From: Candidatus Heimdallarchaeota archaeon
Lineage (GTDB): Archaea > Asgardarchaeota > Heimdallarchaeia > JABLTI01
Direction of reading: 5' to 3'
NCBI GenBank assembly: GCA_030614005.1
Contig: JAUWKS010000004.1
Location: forward strand, 83,438 to 115,437
DNA: 32,000 bases
Part shown: piece by piece, positions 1 to 8,059 of the stretch
Numbering within the stretch: position 1 is the first letter of the stretch
Layout of the letters: the number at the start of each line of letters is the position of its first letter
The notes under the pieces: model-generated
The model's input: only the letters and a program-made list of their open reading frames with translations
What the model was told of the DNA's origin: nothing
Databases searched by the model: none
Program-made: the position numbers and the translations under genes

Positions 1-193
1 CACCACATATCCTACTCACGATTCGGGGCATTTCTTCTGCGGGTCTTCCTTCACAGAACTTTTCAAATCCCCTCAATTCTTGAACTTGGAAATATGCATC
101 TACAGCATTTCCTTTGTCATCAAGAAATATTGATATTTTTGCTTCTCCTTCTAATCGAGAGACGGGATTAATATAAATTGTCTTTTTTGTCAT
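1..193 (-). CDS. mvhA: [NiFe]-hydrogenase large subunit, Mvh/group 3c-like (5' part only, runs off the window edge)
   Basis: Not in ORF track; hand translation from ATG at 193: [64 protein letters not shown]. It contains the RLEG, RGFEKF and RICG (start of L1 Ni-binding motif) signatures and lies 15 nt after mvhG. Confidence 0.93.
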   Translation of the reverse strand, partial: MTKKTIYINPVSRLEGEAKISIFLDDKGNAVDAYFQVQELRGFEKFCEGRPAEEMPRIVSRICG

Positions 194-208
194 GATAGTT
201 CCCTCTAT

Positions 209-1231
209 TTACTTTTTAGAGCTCTCCTCTTCAGCAACTTTCTTTTTCGTTTTTATTATGTACTCAGGTGTGAAAAACCGATAAAATGTACCAAATGGAT
301 CAGGAATTGTTTCCATCAATTTCTTCAAACCTTCAGGACCTAGTTCCGCTTCGATTTTTGCTCCACCTATTGAAGCAATTGCAGAAAGCATTTTTAATCC
401 TGGATCTTTCACACCTGGAGCGGGACCAAAGCATCCTCTGCATGGCATATTTGCTCCTAAAGTACATTGTCCACCACAGCCTGCACGCGTGGCAGGGCCC
501 ATACAAATAATCCCTTGAGAAAGCAAACATTTTTCTGGATCTGGATCAATCTCAAATGGTCGTCTAAATCTGTTTATGACGATTTCTTCAGGTTTTTCGC
601 GACCACATTCTTCGCAAAGGGCAGTTTCACCAGCAACTACTGTTCCTTTTGGTGGTAATTCTCCCTTCTTGATGAAATTGGTAATAATATCAACAAGCAT
701 TTCCCATTGTGTTGGAACAGGAGGACAACCAGGAACAAAATAATTTACATCTACTTCAGATGTAAGTGGCAAACAAGAGTCTAATAATTTTGGTAAAGTC
801 ATTGCCCGTCCTTTTTTATATTCAGATTTAGGTCGCATATAATTTTGATTTGGACCAGATTCATCAATGTTGTAGCCATTGGTATATACTGAATCTAAAA
901 TAGTTTGTGCATCATATGGATTTGCTAGTTGTGGTATTCCACCAAAACAAGAACAAGACCCATAAGCTATCATTACTTTACTCTTTTTTCTGAACAAATG
1001 AGCAATTTCAGCATGCTCTGAGGTTCGGATAGGTCCATGATATAAGCAAATGTCAATTTCTTTATCTTGGAGAGCCTCTACATCTTCGAATTTGAAATCA
1101 GCAGCAACTTGCCAAAATACAAGTTCAATGACTTCTTCGATTGGAATTAGCATCTCATTAAGATTAATGATAGACATATCACAACCGCCACAAAATGAAC
1201 CGGCTGCAACAGCTAATTTTATCTTCTTCAT
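209..1231 (-). CDS. mvhG: [NiFe]-hydrogenase small subunit (methyl-viologen-reducing hydrogenase gamma subunit)
   Basis: CGGC, GSCSCFGGI and PGCPP proximal-cluster motifs; C-terminal CEEC...CLL...CMGPATRAGC...CRGC; lies between mvhD and mvhA; GGAGG SD upstream. Confidence 0.93.
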   Translation of the reverse strand: MKKIKLAVAAGSFCGGCDMSIINLNEMLIPIEEVIELVFWQVAADFKFEDVEALQDKEIDICLYHGPIRTSEHAEIAHLFRKKSKVMIAYGSCSCFGGIPQLANPYDAQTILDSVYTNGYNIDESGPNQNYMRPKSEYKKGRAMTLPKLLDSCLPLTSEVDVNYFVPGCPPVPTQWEMLVDIITNFIKKGELPPKGTVVAGETALCEECGREKPEEIVINRFRRPFEIDPDPEKCLLSQGIICMGPATRAGCGGQCTLGANMPCRGCFGPAPGVKDPGLKMLSAIASIGGAKIEAELGPEGLKKLMETIPDPFGTFYRFFTPEYIIKTKKKVAEEESSKK

Positions 1232-1232
1232 T

Positions 1233-1688
1233 TTAATGTTTGGCCTCCAGAGCTACCCTATTATTTCTTAAGGGATTTGGGGGGAGATGTTTGAGTTTTT
1301 CAATAAACTCAGTCATTGTCTTTACGAACTTCTTAGCTTCCGAAGAAGAAATCCACTCGAGATGTATTCGCTCATCTTCTATGCCCATTTGAGCAGCTAG
1401 TTCTTTGACCAAAACCATTCTCTTTAACGTTTTGTAGTTTCCAGTGACGTAATGGCATTCGCCTGGATGGCAACCTGCAACAATTACACCATCAGCTCCA
1501 CCTGCTAAAGCATCAAAGATATAGGTAGGGTCAACTCGTCCTGAACAAGGGGTTACAATAGTGATGACATTTGCGGGGTATTTCATTCGAGAAACACCAG
1601 CTAGATCTGCTGCATTACTACTACACCATTTGCAGAGAAATGCAATTACTTTGGGTTCGGGGTTTAACAATTCAGACATTGTACTCAC
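1233..1688 (-). CDS. mvhD: Hydrogenase iron-sulfur subunit delta, [2Fe-2S] (MvhD/FlpD)
   Basis: FLCKWC...ADLAG, PCSGRVD and GCHPGECHY motifs; directly after hdrA. Confidence 0.95.
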   Translation of the reverse strand: MSTMSELLNPEPKVIAFLCKWCSSNAADLAGVSRMKYPANVITIVTPCSGRVDPTYIFDALAGGADGVIVAGCHPGECHYVTGNYKTLKRMVLVKELAAQMGIEDERIHLEWISSSEAKKFVKTMTEFIEKLKHLPPNPLRNNRVALEAKH

Positions 1689-1699
1689 GCACCTATTTC

Positions 1700-3694
1700 T
1701 TATTTAGCCTCCGTTTTTAAGGCAATTCGAATCATATTCTCGATTTGCTTATCAGTTTGATTCTTCAAAGTCAATGCTAAACTTGGGCATGCGCTTGCAC
1801 ACGTGCCACAACCTTGGCAAAGAATTTCTTTCACAACTGAAATGTTCTTTACAGAGTCAAAAGATATTGCACCATAGGGACAAAGGCTTTGGCATACTTT
1901 GCAACCACTACATGCTTTTTCGTTTACAATAGCCACTATGGGGTCATGATAAAGTTGGGGTTTTGATAATAGAGCCATTGCTTTTGAAGCAGCAGCGCTA
2001 CCTTGAGCAACACATTCAGGAATATCCTTTGGTGAGAGTGCAGTACCGGCAACAAATAATCCTTGAACTAAACTTTCGACTGGTTTCAATTTTACATGTG
2101 CTTCCTTGAAAAATCCATATTCATCAAGGTTACACTTTGTTACTCCTGAAAGTATTTTAGTGTCAAATGAAGGAATCATAGCAGGAGCTAAAACAACTAA
2201 ATCAGCTTCTACTTCTAATCTTTCGCCTGTAAGTGTATTAGCAGCCCAAATTATCGTTTTATCTCCTTCTCTGAAGATTTTTGATGGTTTTCCTCTAATG
2301 TAAATTACACCCATTTCTTGTGCTCTATCGATGAATTCTTCGTATCCTCGACCAGCTGCTCGAATATCGATATAAAAGACATACACTTCTGTTTCTGGCT
2401 CTTGATCTTTTAAGAGTAAAGCGTGTTTACCAGTATATGTACAACAGATTTTACTACAATAAGCCATATGATGTTCTGGGTCTCTACTACCTACGCATTG
2501 AACAAAAACAACAGTTTCTGGTTTCTTATGGTCAGATGGTCTTAAAACAGCACCACCAGTTGGTCCTGCACTATTTAACAAACGTTCGAATTGCAAACCA
2601 TCTATGACATCAACTTCTGGACCAAAATCATATTCTGAAATCTTTGATATATCGTAGAGATCATATCCTGTTGCAATTACTATTGCACCAACATTCAATT
2701 CTACGATTTCTTCTTTCATATCATAATTGATTGCTTTTTGTTCGCAAGCATCCCGACACTTTGAACATACTAAGGGGTGAATACCCAAACAATTCTCAAT
2801 ATCAAGTATATAAGCACTTGGAACTGCTTGTGGAAAAGGTAAGTAGATTGCTTTTCTTGGACCAAGTCCACCTTCAAATTCATTTGGAACTATTACTGGG
2901 CAGACTTCGACACAATCATCACACAAGTTGCAAAGCTCTTCAATAACAAATTTCGGTTTCTTAGTTATTTGAGCTTTAAAGTTCCCTACGAAACCCGTAA
3001 CACTAGTTAGTTTAGCGTTTGTTATTAGCTCAACATTATCATGATGAGCTATTTCAGACATTTTAGGTGATAGGATACATTGAGAACAATCTAGTGTTGG
3101 GAATGTTGAAGTTAATTGAGCCATGTGTCCACCAATTGTTGGTGATTGCTCAACTAAATACACATGATAACCTGAGTTTGCTAAATCTAGAGCAGCTTGA
3201 ATTCCAGTTATTCCTGCACCAACCACCATTGCATTACGATTTACGTCCACAGAAATTGGTGTCAGTGCTTCATTCAACAAAGCTTTTTCAACTTTAGTTT
3301 CAATGATTTTCATTGCTTTTACAGTTGCTTTTTCTTTATCTGAATGAACCCAGCTGCACTTTTCTCGAATGTTAGCTATTTCAACTTCATATTTATTGAT
3401 ACCAACATCTGCGGCAGCTTTTCTGAAAGTTTCTTCATGCAACGTTGGTGAGCAACATGCACAAATTATTCCATCTAATCGATGATACTTAATATCATCT
3501 TGAAGTGCTTTTTGACCTGGTTCCGAGCACAAATAATGGCTTTCAGCCGCATGAACTACTCCATGAAGATTAGTGGCTTCTTTAGCAATGTTTTCAACGT
3601 CTACTGTAGCAGCTATATTCTTACCACAATGACACACGAAAACACCTAAACGTTTTGCTTCTTCTGGTTCTCTAGTTTTCTTTTTCTGAGACAA
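1700..3694 (-). CDS. hdrA: Heterodisulfide reductase subunit A-like flavoprotein (FAD, multiple 4Fe-4S)
   Basis: GVFVCHCG N-terminus, GAGITG FAD motif, FPTLDCSQCI, CNLCDDCVEVCP, CVGSRD...CSKICC, and two C-terminal CxxCxxCxxxCP motifs; TTG start preceded by GGAGG. Confidence 0.95.
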   Translation of the reverse strand: MSQKKKTREPEEAKRLGVFVCHCGKNIAATVDVENIAKEATNLHGVVHAAESHYLCSEPGQKALQDDIKYHRLDGIICACCSPTLHEETFRKAAADVGINKYEVEIANIREKCSWVHSDKEKATVKAMKIIETKVEKALLNEALTPISVDVNRNAMVVGAGITGIQAALDLANSGYHVYLVEQSPTIGGHMAQLTSTFPTLDCSQCILSPKMSEIAHHDNVELITNAKLTSVTGFVGNFKAQITKKPKFVIEELCNLCDDCVEVCPVIVPNEFEGGLGPRKAIYLPFPQAVPSAYILDIENCLGIHPLVCSKCRDACEQKAINYDMKEEIVELNVGAIVIATGYDLYDISKISEYDFGPEVDVIDGLQFERLLNSAGPTGGAVLRPSDHKKPETVVFVQCVGSRDPEHHMAYCSKICCTYTGKHALLLKDQEPETEVYVFYIDIRAAGRGYEEFIDRAQEMGVIYIRGKPSKIFREGDKTIIWAANTLTGERLEVEADLVVLAPAMIPSFDTKILSGVTKCNLDEYGFFKEAHVKLKPVESLVQGLFVAGTALSPKDIPECVAQGSAAASKAMALLSKPQLYHDPIVAIVNEKACSGCKVCQSLCPYGAISFDSVKNISVVKEILCQGCGTCASACPSLALTLKNQTDKQIENMIRIALKTEAK

Positions 3695-3695
3695 G

Positions 3696-4262
3696 TTATT
3701 TCTTAGCCTCCTGCTTTTTCACCTTTTTTGCATAGTTCTTCCCAGTTTTGAACGCTTTTTCGTTCAATTCCCTGAATCGAGCTGGTACGAATTCAATTAC
3801 AGATTTTAAAATCGCTTTTTGATCTATATAGTCATTGAGTTCTGCAAAGAACCCTAGCATAACAATATTCGCAACTATCTTTTTGCCAAGTTCTTTTTCA
3901 GCTATTGCTGTTGCAGGAATACTATAAATATGTCCAGCTTTCTTCATCCTATCATCGACGGGTACGAGATTTTCTTCATAGAAAAACCATCCACCCTCTT
4001 TGAGAGAATCAATATGTGTAGTATACGCTTCCTTACTCATACAAATGAAAGCATCTGGTGCTAATACGTAAGGAAAGTCTACTTCTTCTTCAGATATAAC
4101 AAGATTACAAGCACTGGCACCCCCTCTGCTTTCGGGGCCATATGACTGAGTTGTTACAGATTTTCTCTTTTCAAAGATAGATACAGCAGCTCCAAGTATT
4201 TTACCCATAAGTGCTATACCTTGACCGCCAAATCCACACAAACGAATTTCAGTTCTAGTCAT
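3696..4262 (-). CDS. korC: 2-oxoacid:ferredoxin oxidoreductase gamma subunit
   Basis: IRLCGFGGQG and QSYGPESRGG motifs, NIVMLG; adjacent to alpha/beta subunits. Substrate specificity cannot be assigned from the sequence. Confidence 0.9.
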   Translation of the reverse strand: MTRTEIRLCGFGGQGIALMGKILGAAVSIFEKRKSVTTQSYGPESRGGASACNLVISEEEVDFPYVLAPDAFICMSKEAYTTHIDSLKEGGWFFYEENLVPVDDRMKKAGHIYSIPATAIAEKELGKKIVANIVMLGFFAELNDYIDQKAILKSVIEFVPARFRELNEKAFKTGKNYAKKVKKQEAKK

Positions 4263-4266
4263 TATT

Positions 4267-5133
4267 TCACCTTCGTTTAGCGAATAGTTGGATTCGCGCT
4301 ATATGATCACTCAATGTTGGCTTATCTTCTTTATCGACAAATTTACCGACAACGATTTTATTACCCAAATTAAGTTCTGCGTCACCAGGGTCAATGCCAT
4401 GTCGGATAATCGTATTTTCTCTAAAGAATTCCAACATCTTAATTCCTTCCTCATAGTCATTTCTTCTACCGAAAGTAGTTGGACACGGAGGAATTACTTC
4501 AATGAACGAGAAGCCTTTCTTTTTGATTGCTTCGACCATTGAGGCTTGCAATCGTCTTGCATTTAGAGAAGTCCATCTTGCAACATAAATCGCTCCAGCA
4601 GAAGCTACCAAATGGCAGAGATTAAAGTTTGGTTCAACATTTCCATAAGGAGAAGTTGAAGTCCAAGCTCCCATTGGAGTTGTTGGTGCTAATTGACCAC
4701 CTGTCATTCCATAAATGAAATTATTTGAACAGATTACTGTAATGTCAGCATTTCTTCTTGCCGCATGGATTATATGATTTCCACCAATAGCGAATAAATC
4801 GCCATCACCTGAAAATACAATTACTTTTAGCTCAGGATTTGCTAATTTTAATCCGATAGCAAATGGTATTGCTCTACCGTGTGTTGTATGGAATACATCT
4901 AGATCTAAGTAACCAGATGCTCTTCCAGTGCATCCGATTCCAGATACAACCACAATTTTCTTTGTATCTATTCCGGATTCGGCAATTGCATGGATGAAAC
5001 ATGAAAGCACACTACCTAAACCACAACCACTACACCATACGTGTGGGAGTCGGTCCCAACGTAATAAGTAATCCATTGGATGTCTTTTTGCTTCTAGTAT
5101 AGTATCATCAACTTTTTCTTCTGAGATGGTCAT
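4267..5133 (-). CDS. korB: 2-oxoacid:ferredoxin oxidoreductase beta subunit (TPP-binding)
   Basis: WCSGCG, GIGCTG, HTTHGRA, GDGD...GGNH...NN TPP motif, YGMTGGQ. Confidence 0.93.
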   Translation of the reverse strand: MTISEEKVDDTILEAKRHPMDYLLRWDRLPHVWCSGCGLGSVLSCFIHAIAESGIDTKKIVVVSGIGCTGRASGYLDLDVFHTTHGRAIPFAIGLKLANPELKVIVFSGDGDLFAIGGNHIIHAARRNADITVICSNNFIYGMTGGQLAPTTPMGAWTSTSPYGNVEPNFNLCHLVASAGAIYVARWTSLNARRLQASMVEAIKKKGFSFIEVIPPCPTTFGRRNDYEEGIKMLEFFRENTIIRHGIDPGDAELNLGNKIVVGKFVDKEDKPTLSDHIARIQLFAKRR

Positions 5134-6296
5134 TTCTTCTTTACCTCCTCGATTTTCGCTAGTATTTCTTTTGGGGTGTGAACAGTCCCACCTAGCTTTG
5201 AGGATAGCACAACAGGAACACTCTTTCGGGTTGCTTCTCTAACCTCTTTGACTATTTGTCCATTGTTAATCTCTGCTACAACAATAGCATCAACTTTTTT
5301 CGCTAGTTCTTCAATAAGCTTCGTTGGAAAAGGCCAAATTGTAATTAAGCGAAGTAGGCCAGCTTTAATTCCTTTCTTTCGGGCAAGGTTTACTGCGCCT
5401 TTTGCAGATCTAGCAGTTATTCCATATGAGATAACAAGTACTTTTGCATCTTTTGTCATGTATTCTTCTGTTAATCGGATTTTTTCTTCATTCAGTAATA
5501 TTTTGTCACACAAACGTTTTACTAATATTTCTTGGGCTTCTGGTGTTATTACTGGATATCCTTTTGTATCGTGAGTTAATCCTGTAACAAAAACATTGTA
5601 ACCTTCTCCGGCGGCAGCCATCGGAGGAATCATATCTGCATCAGGTTTAAAAGTCAAATGATTTTTCTTTGAACCTGTTGGTTTCTTTCTGTTTTCAATT
5701 TTTATTTTGGACTTGGTGGGGATAATTAGTTTTTCAACCATATGACATATTGATTCATCAGTTAGCATAATAACTGGTGTTCTATATTTCTCTGCAAGAT
5801 TAAAGGCTTCAATCGATAAATCGAATGCTTCCTGCACAGAATTGGGTGAAAGGGCTATTAATTCATAATCGCCATGAGAGCCCCAGCGTGCTTGCATAAC
5901 ATCTCCTTGTCCTACAAGTGTTGGGAGACCTGTTGAAGGTCCTGCCCTTTGAACATTAATAATAACAAAGGGAGTTTCAGTCATGGCTCCAAGGCCTATG
6001 TTCTCCATCATTAAAGAAATACCGGGACCAGACGTTGCGGTCATGGATTTCCTGCCAGCCCAAGAAGCGCCTAAAATAGTAGCAATTGAAGCAATTTCGT
6101 CTTCCATTTGGATGAAAACTCCACCCACCTGCGGTAAACGACGAGACATTCTCTCAGCGATTTCACTCGAAGGGGTGATTGGGTATCCACCAAAAAATCT
6201 GCAACCAGCTGCTAGGCAACCTTCTGCAATAGCTTCATTACCACTTATGTAGTGCTCTCCGGTTAAGACGTCATGTATTGATGCTTTTTTACTCAT
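5130..6296 (-). CDS. korA: 2-oxoacid:ferredoxin oxidoreductase alpha subunit
   Basis: GYPITPSSEI, QMEDEIAS, ATSGPG and QRAGPSTGLPT motifs; 4-nt overlap with the beta gene. Confidence 0.93.
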   Translation of the reverse strand: MSKKASIHDVLTGEHYISGNEAIAEGCLAAGCRFFGGYPITPSSEIAERMSRRLPQVGGVFIQMEDEIASIATILGASWAGRKSMTATSGPGISLMMENIGLGAMTETPFVIINVQRAGPSTGLPTLVGQGDVMQARWGSHGDYELIALSPNSVQEAFDLSIEAFNLAEKYRTPVIMLTDESICHMVEKLIIPTKSKIKIENRKKPTGSKKNHLTFKPDADMIPPMAAAGEGYNVFVTGLTHDTKGYPVITPEAQEILVKRLCDKILLNEEKIRLTEEYMTKDAKVLVISYGITARSAKGAVNLARKKGIKAGLLRLITIWPFPTKLIEELAKKVDAIVVAEINNGQIVKEVREATRKSVPVVLSSKLGGTVHTPKEILAKIEEVKKK

Positions 6297-6342
6297 TCAA
6301 ATTCGCCTTGTTCATTTTATTCAATTGATTCCGAATTTTAGA

Positions 6343-6651
6343 TTATTTTTTTGCACCTGTTGTATCTTCTTCTTTCTCAAGGAATATTGAGAATTCGGGG
6401 CAAATCAATTCACAGAAACCACATTTTGCGCAATCGTCCATATCCATATCATCCTTGATTTTTGGAGGATGATACCCTTTAGAATTAATTTCCGGAGAAC
6501 TTTCTAGTAACTCCGTTGGACAAAAGTTTATACAAAATAAGCATCCTTTACATCGATCTGTTATGATCTTTAAGTGCCATTTCTCCTGCTCTTTATATTC
6601 GGGAGGTATAAATGATATTATTTTTCTAAGTGTCATGTGCAAACGCAACAT
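6343..6651 (-). CDS. korD: 2-oxoacid:ferredoxin oxidoreductase delta subunit (2x[4Fe-4S] ferredoxin-like)
   Basis: CKGCLFCINFCP and CAKCGFCELICP; first gene of the kor cluster. The true start may be the second Met at 6636. Confidence 0.88.
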   Translation of the reverse strand: MLRLHMTLRKIISFIPPEYKEQEKWHLKIITDRCKGCLFCINFCPTELLESSPEINSKGYHPPKIKDDMDMDDCAKCGFCELICPEFSIFLEKEEDTTGAKK

Positions 6652-6840
6652 TTACAATTTGTGAGAAGTGTAATTTTCTTATGCTTAAAAAATTATTCTA
6701 TTGAGTTTGATATTACTCAATTGTTTATTATTCAAATTAGAATCACTTCGAATGTATTAATTACTTATATAGACATGTTCAAAATTTAGAAGAGAGAGAA
6801 ATTTGAGTAAAATTGTTTTTTAATTCAAATTAAAGATTGA

Positions 6841-6950
6841 ATAGAATGTAATCTATGTCAAGAATGTAATGAATGTAACTTATGTTATGAATGTAATCTA
6901 TGGAAATATGTTATCTATGTAATGTATGTAAAGAATGTAATCGATGTAAG
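6841..6950. repeat. Degenerate 9-bp-period tandem array (about 12 units, NAWNWATGT)
   Basis: TGT at 6847, 6856, 6865, 6874, 6883, 6892, (TGG at 6901), then 6909, 6918, 6927, 6936, 6945: 9-nt spacing with one 8-nt unit. Confidence 0.85.
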
Positions 6951-7003
6951 TAAATTATATATCAAAAAACAAGAAAAAAATGAGAAATCAAAAAGAATAC
7001 AAA

Positions 7004-7933
7004 TTATCGCGGAAGGTCTAAAGGATAAAGGTCTCCAACCAGTTTTCTCAAGTTAAGATGTTCATCATTCATTGAATTAGCATTATATAATACATTTCTT
7101 GCAATTTCAATAGCTCTTTGAATGGGGTCAGTATTACCCATTAAGAATGCAATAACATGAGATTTTTCTTTTACAAAAACTACTTTGTAATTTGCAATTT
7201 CAATAACTTCTTCACCAGTACCATAAATACGCATTGTTCGAGAAAAAACACGTGCTTTTCGTCTTAATTCCCTAAAAGCAGTTAAAAGCAAAATATTTGG
7301 GTTGTCAACAAATAATGCTTCGAAGGTTCGATCAGTTTCTTCGTCTAGAATTAGTGAAGCTCTAAGTTCAATATAATCTATTATTCGTTCTTTTTGTTTG
7401 AAAAGAGATTTATTCAACCATTCTCCAATTGCATATAATCCTTCTCCAGTTTGAGAAGAAAATTTGAAAAGATCACATTCACATTTATTTCGATCCAATT
7501 TTATCAAATCGAGTTGTTCTAGTAGTTCGTTTACTGGAACTGAAGATTTATGATCTGATTTTGATGCTAGAACCAGCATTTTAATTGGAGAGTTAAATTC
7601 GACTACATCTATTATAAGTTGCCTGATTTTTTCAAAAACTGATGGATCAGTTGAATCCACTAAAAAAAATAATGCATCAGCACCCAATATTGAGCGTTTC
7701 CATAATGACTTATATTGAGGTATATGATCTTTCAAATCCCAAGTAGTTAGTGTTAAATTATCAACAGTATGATACTCCAGTTCGGAAACAGCAGAAATCG
7801 AACCGTGCAAAAATTCTTGTGATTGAATTATTCTTTTTACTAATGATGTCTTACCTGAATTAGTTAAACCGATTAATGCAATAGAAACTTTAGTTTCAGA
7901 TTTTGAGATTATTCCTTTTATTGCAGACATCAT
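7004..7933 (-). CDS. Arf/Sar-like small GTPase domain fused to a C-terminal roadblock/longin-like domain
   Basis: P-loop GLTNSGKT; WDL...YKSLW...GADALFFLVDSTD; G4 SKSD; G5 FSSQTGEG. The extra ~125 aa have a strand-helix-strands-helix pattern; the fold of this part is inferred. Confidence 0.78.
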   Translation of the reverse strand: MMSAIKGIISKSETKVSIALIGLTNSGKTSLVKRIIQSQEFLHGSISAVSELEYHTVDNLTLTTWDLKDHIPQYKSLWKRSILGADALFFLVDSTDPSVFEKIRQLIIDVVEFNSPIKMLVLASKSDHKSSVPVNELLEQLDLIKLDRNKCECDLFKFSSQTGEGLYAIGEWLNKSLFKQKERIIDYIELRASLILDEETDRTFEALFVDNPNILLLTAFRELRRKARVFSRTMRIYGTGEEVIEIANYKVVFVKEKSHVIAFLMGNTDPIQRAIEIARNVLYNANSMNDEHLNLRKLVGDLYPLDLPR

Positions 7934-7944
7934 TCCAAATCCAA

Positions 7945-7960
7945 TAGTTAGTACTAACTA
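7945..7960. promoter_or_regulatory. Perfect 16-bp palindrome TAGTTAGTACTAACTA, operator candidate
   Basis: Self-complementary; 12 nt upstream of the GTPase start and at the expected TSS distance from a minus-strand TTAAATA at 7979-7973. Confidence 0.5.
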
Positions 7961-7988
7961 ATCAGTAGATAGTATTTAATGGTATATC

Positions 7989-8014
7989 TTGTGATATTAA
8001 GATAACTATCACAA
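7989..8014. promoter_or_regulatory. 8-bp inverted repeat TTGTGATA-N10-TATCACAA, operator candidate
   Basis: Arms at 7989-7996 and 8007-8014 are exact reverse complements; just upstream of the putative TATA of the GTPase gene. Confidence 0.4.
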
Positions 8015-8020
8015 TTTCTG

Positions 8021-8048
8021 AAAAATAATTTGGAGGGATTAGTCCCTC
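8021..8048 (-). terminator. Terminator-like hairpin plus T-tract after the Pro-rich protein gene
   Basis: Minus strand GAGGGA-CTAA-TCCCTC followed by CAAATTATTTTT, starting 12 nt after the stop codon at 8060. Confidence 0.45.
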
Positions 8049-8059
8049 TATTTTACTAG

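Noticed and set aside
1233-3694. Selenocysteine recoding in HdrA/MvhD (known in some Asgard and methanogens)
   Set aside because: Both ORFs are uninterrupted, with Cys at the relevant motifs.
286-6252. Short + strand ORFs inside the kor/hdr/mvh operon
   Set aside because: All overlap well-supported minus-strand genes and carry no motifs.
6841-6950. Repeat array as CRISPR or replication-origin iterons
   Set aside because: Units are 9 bp, contiguous and degenerate, with no spacers, cas genes, cdc6 or ORB-like G-strings nearby.
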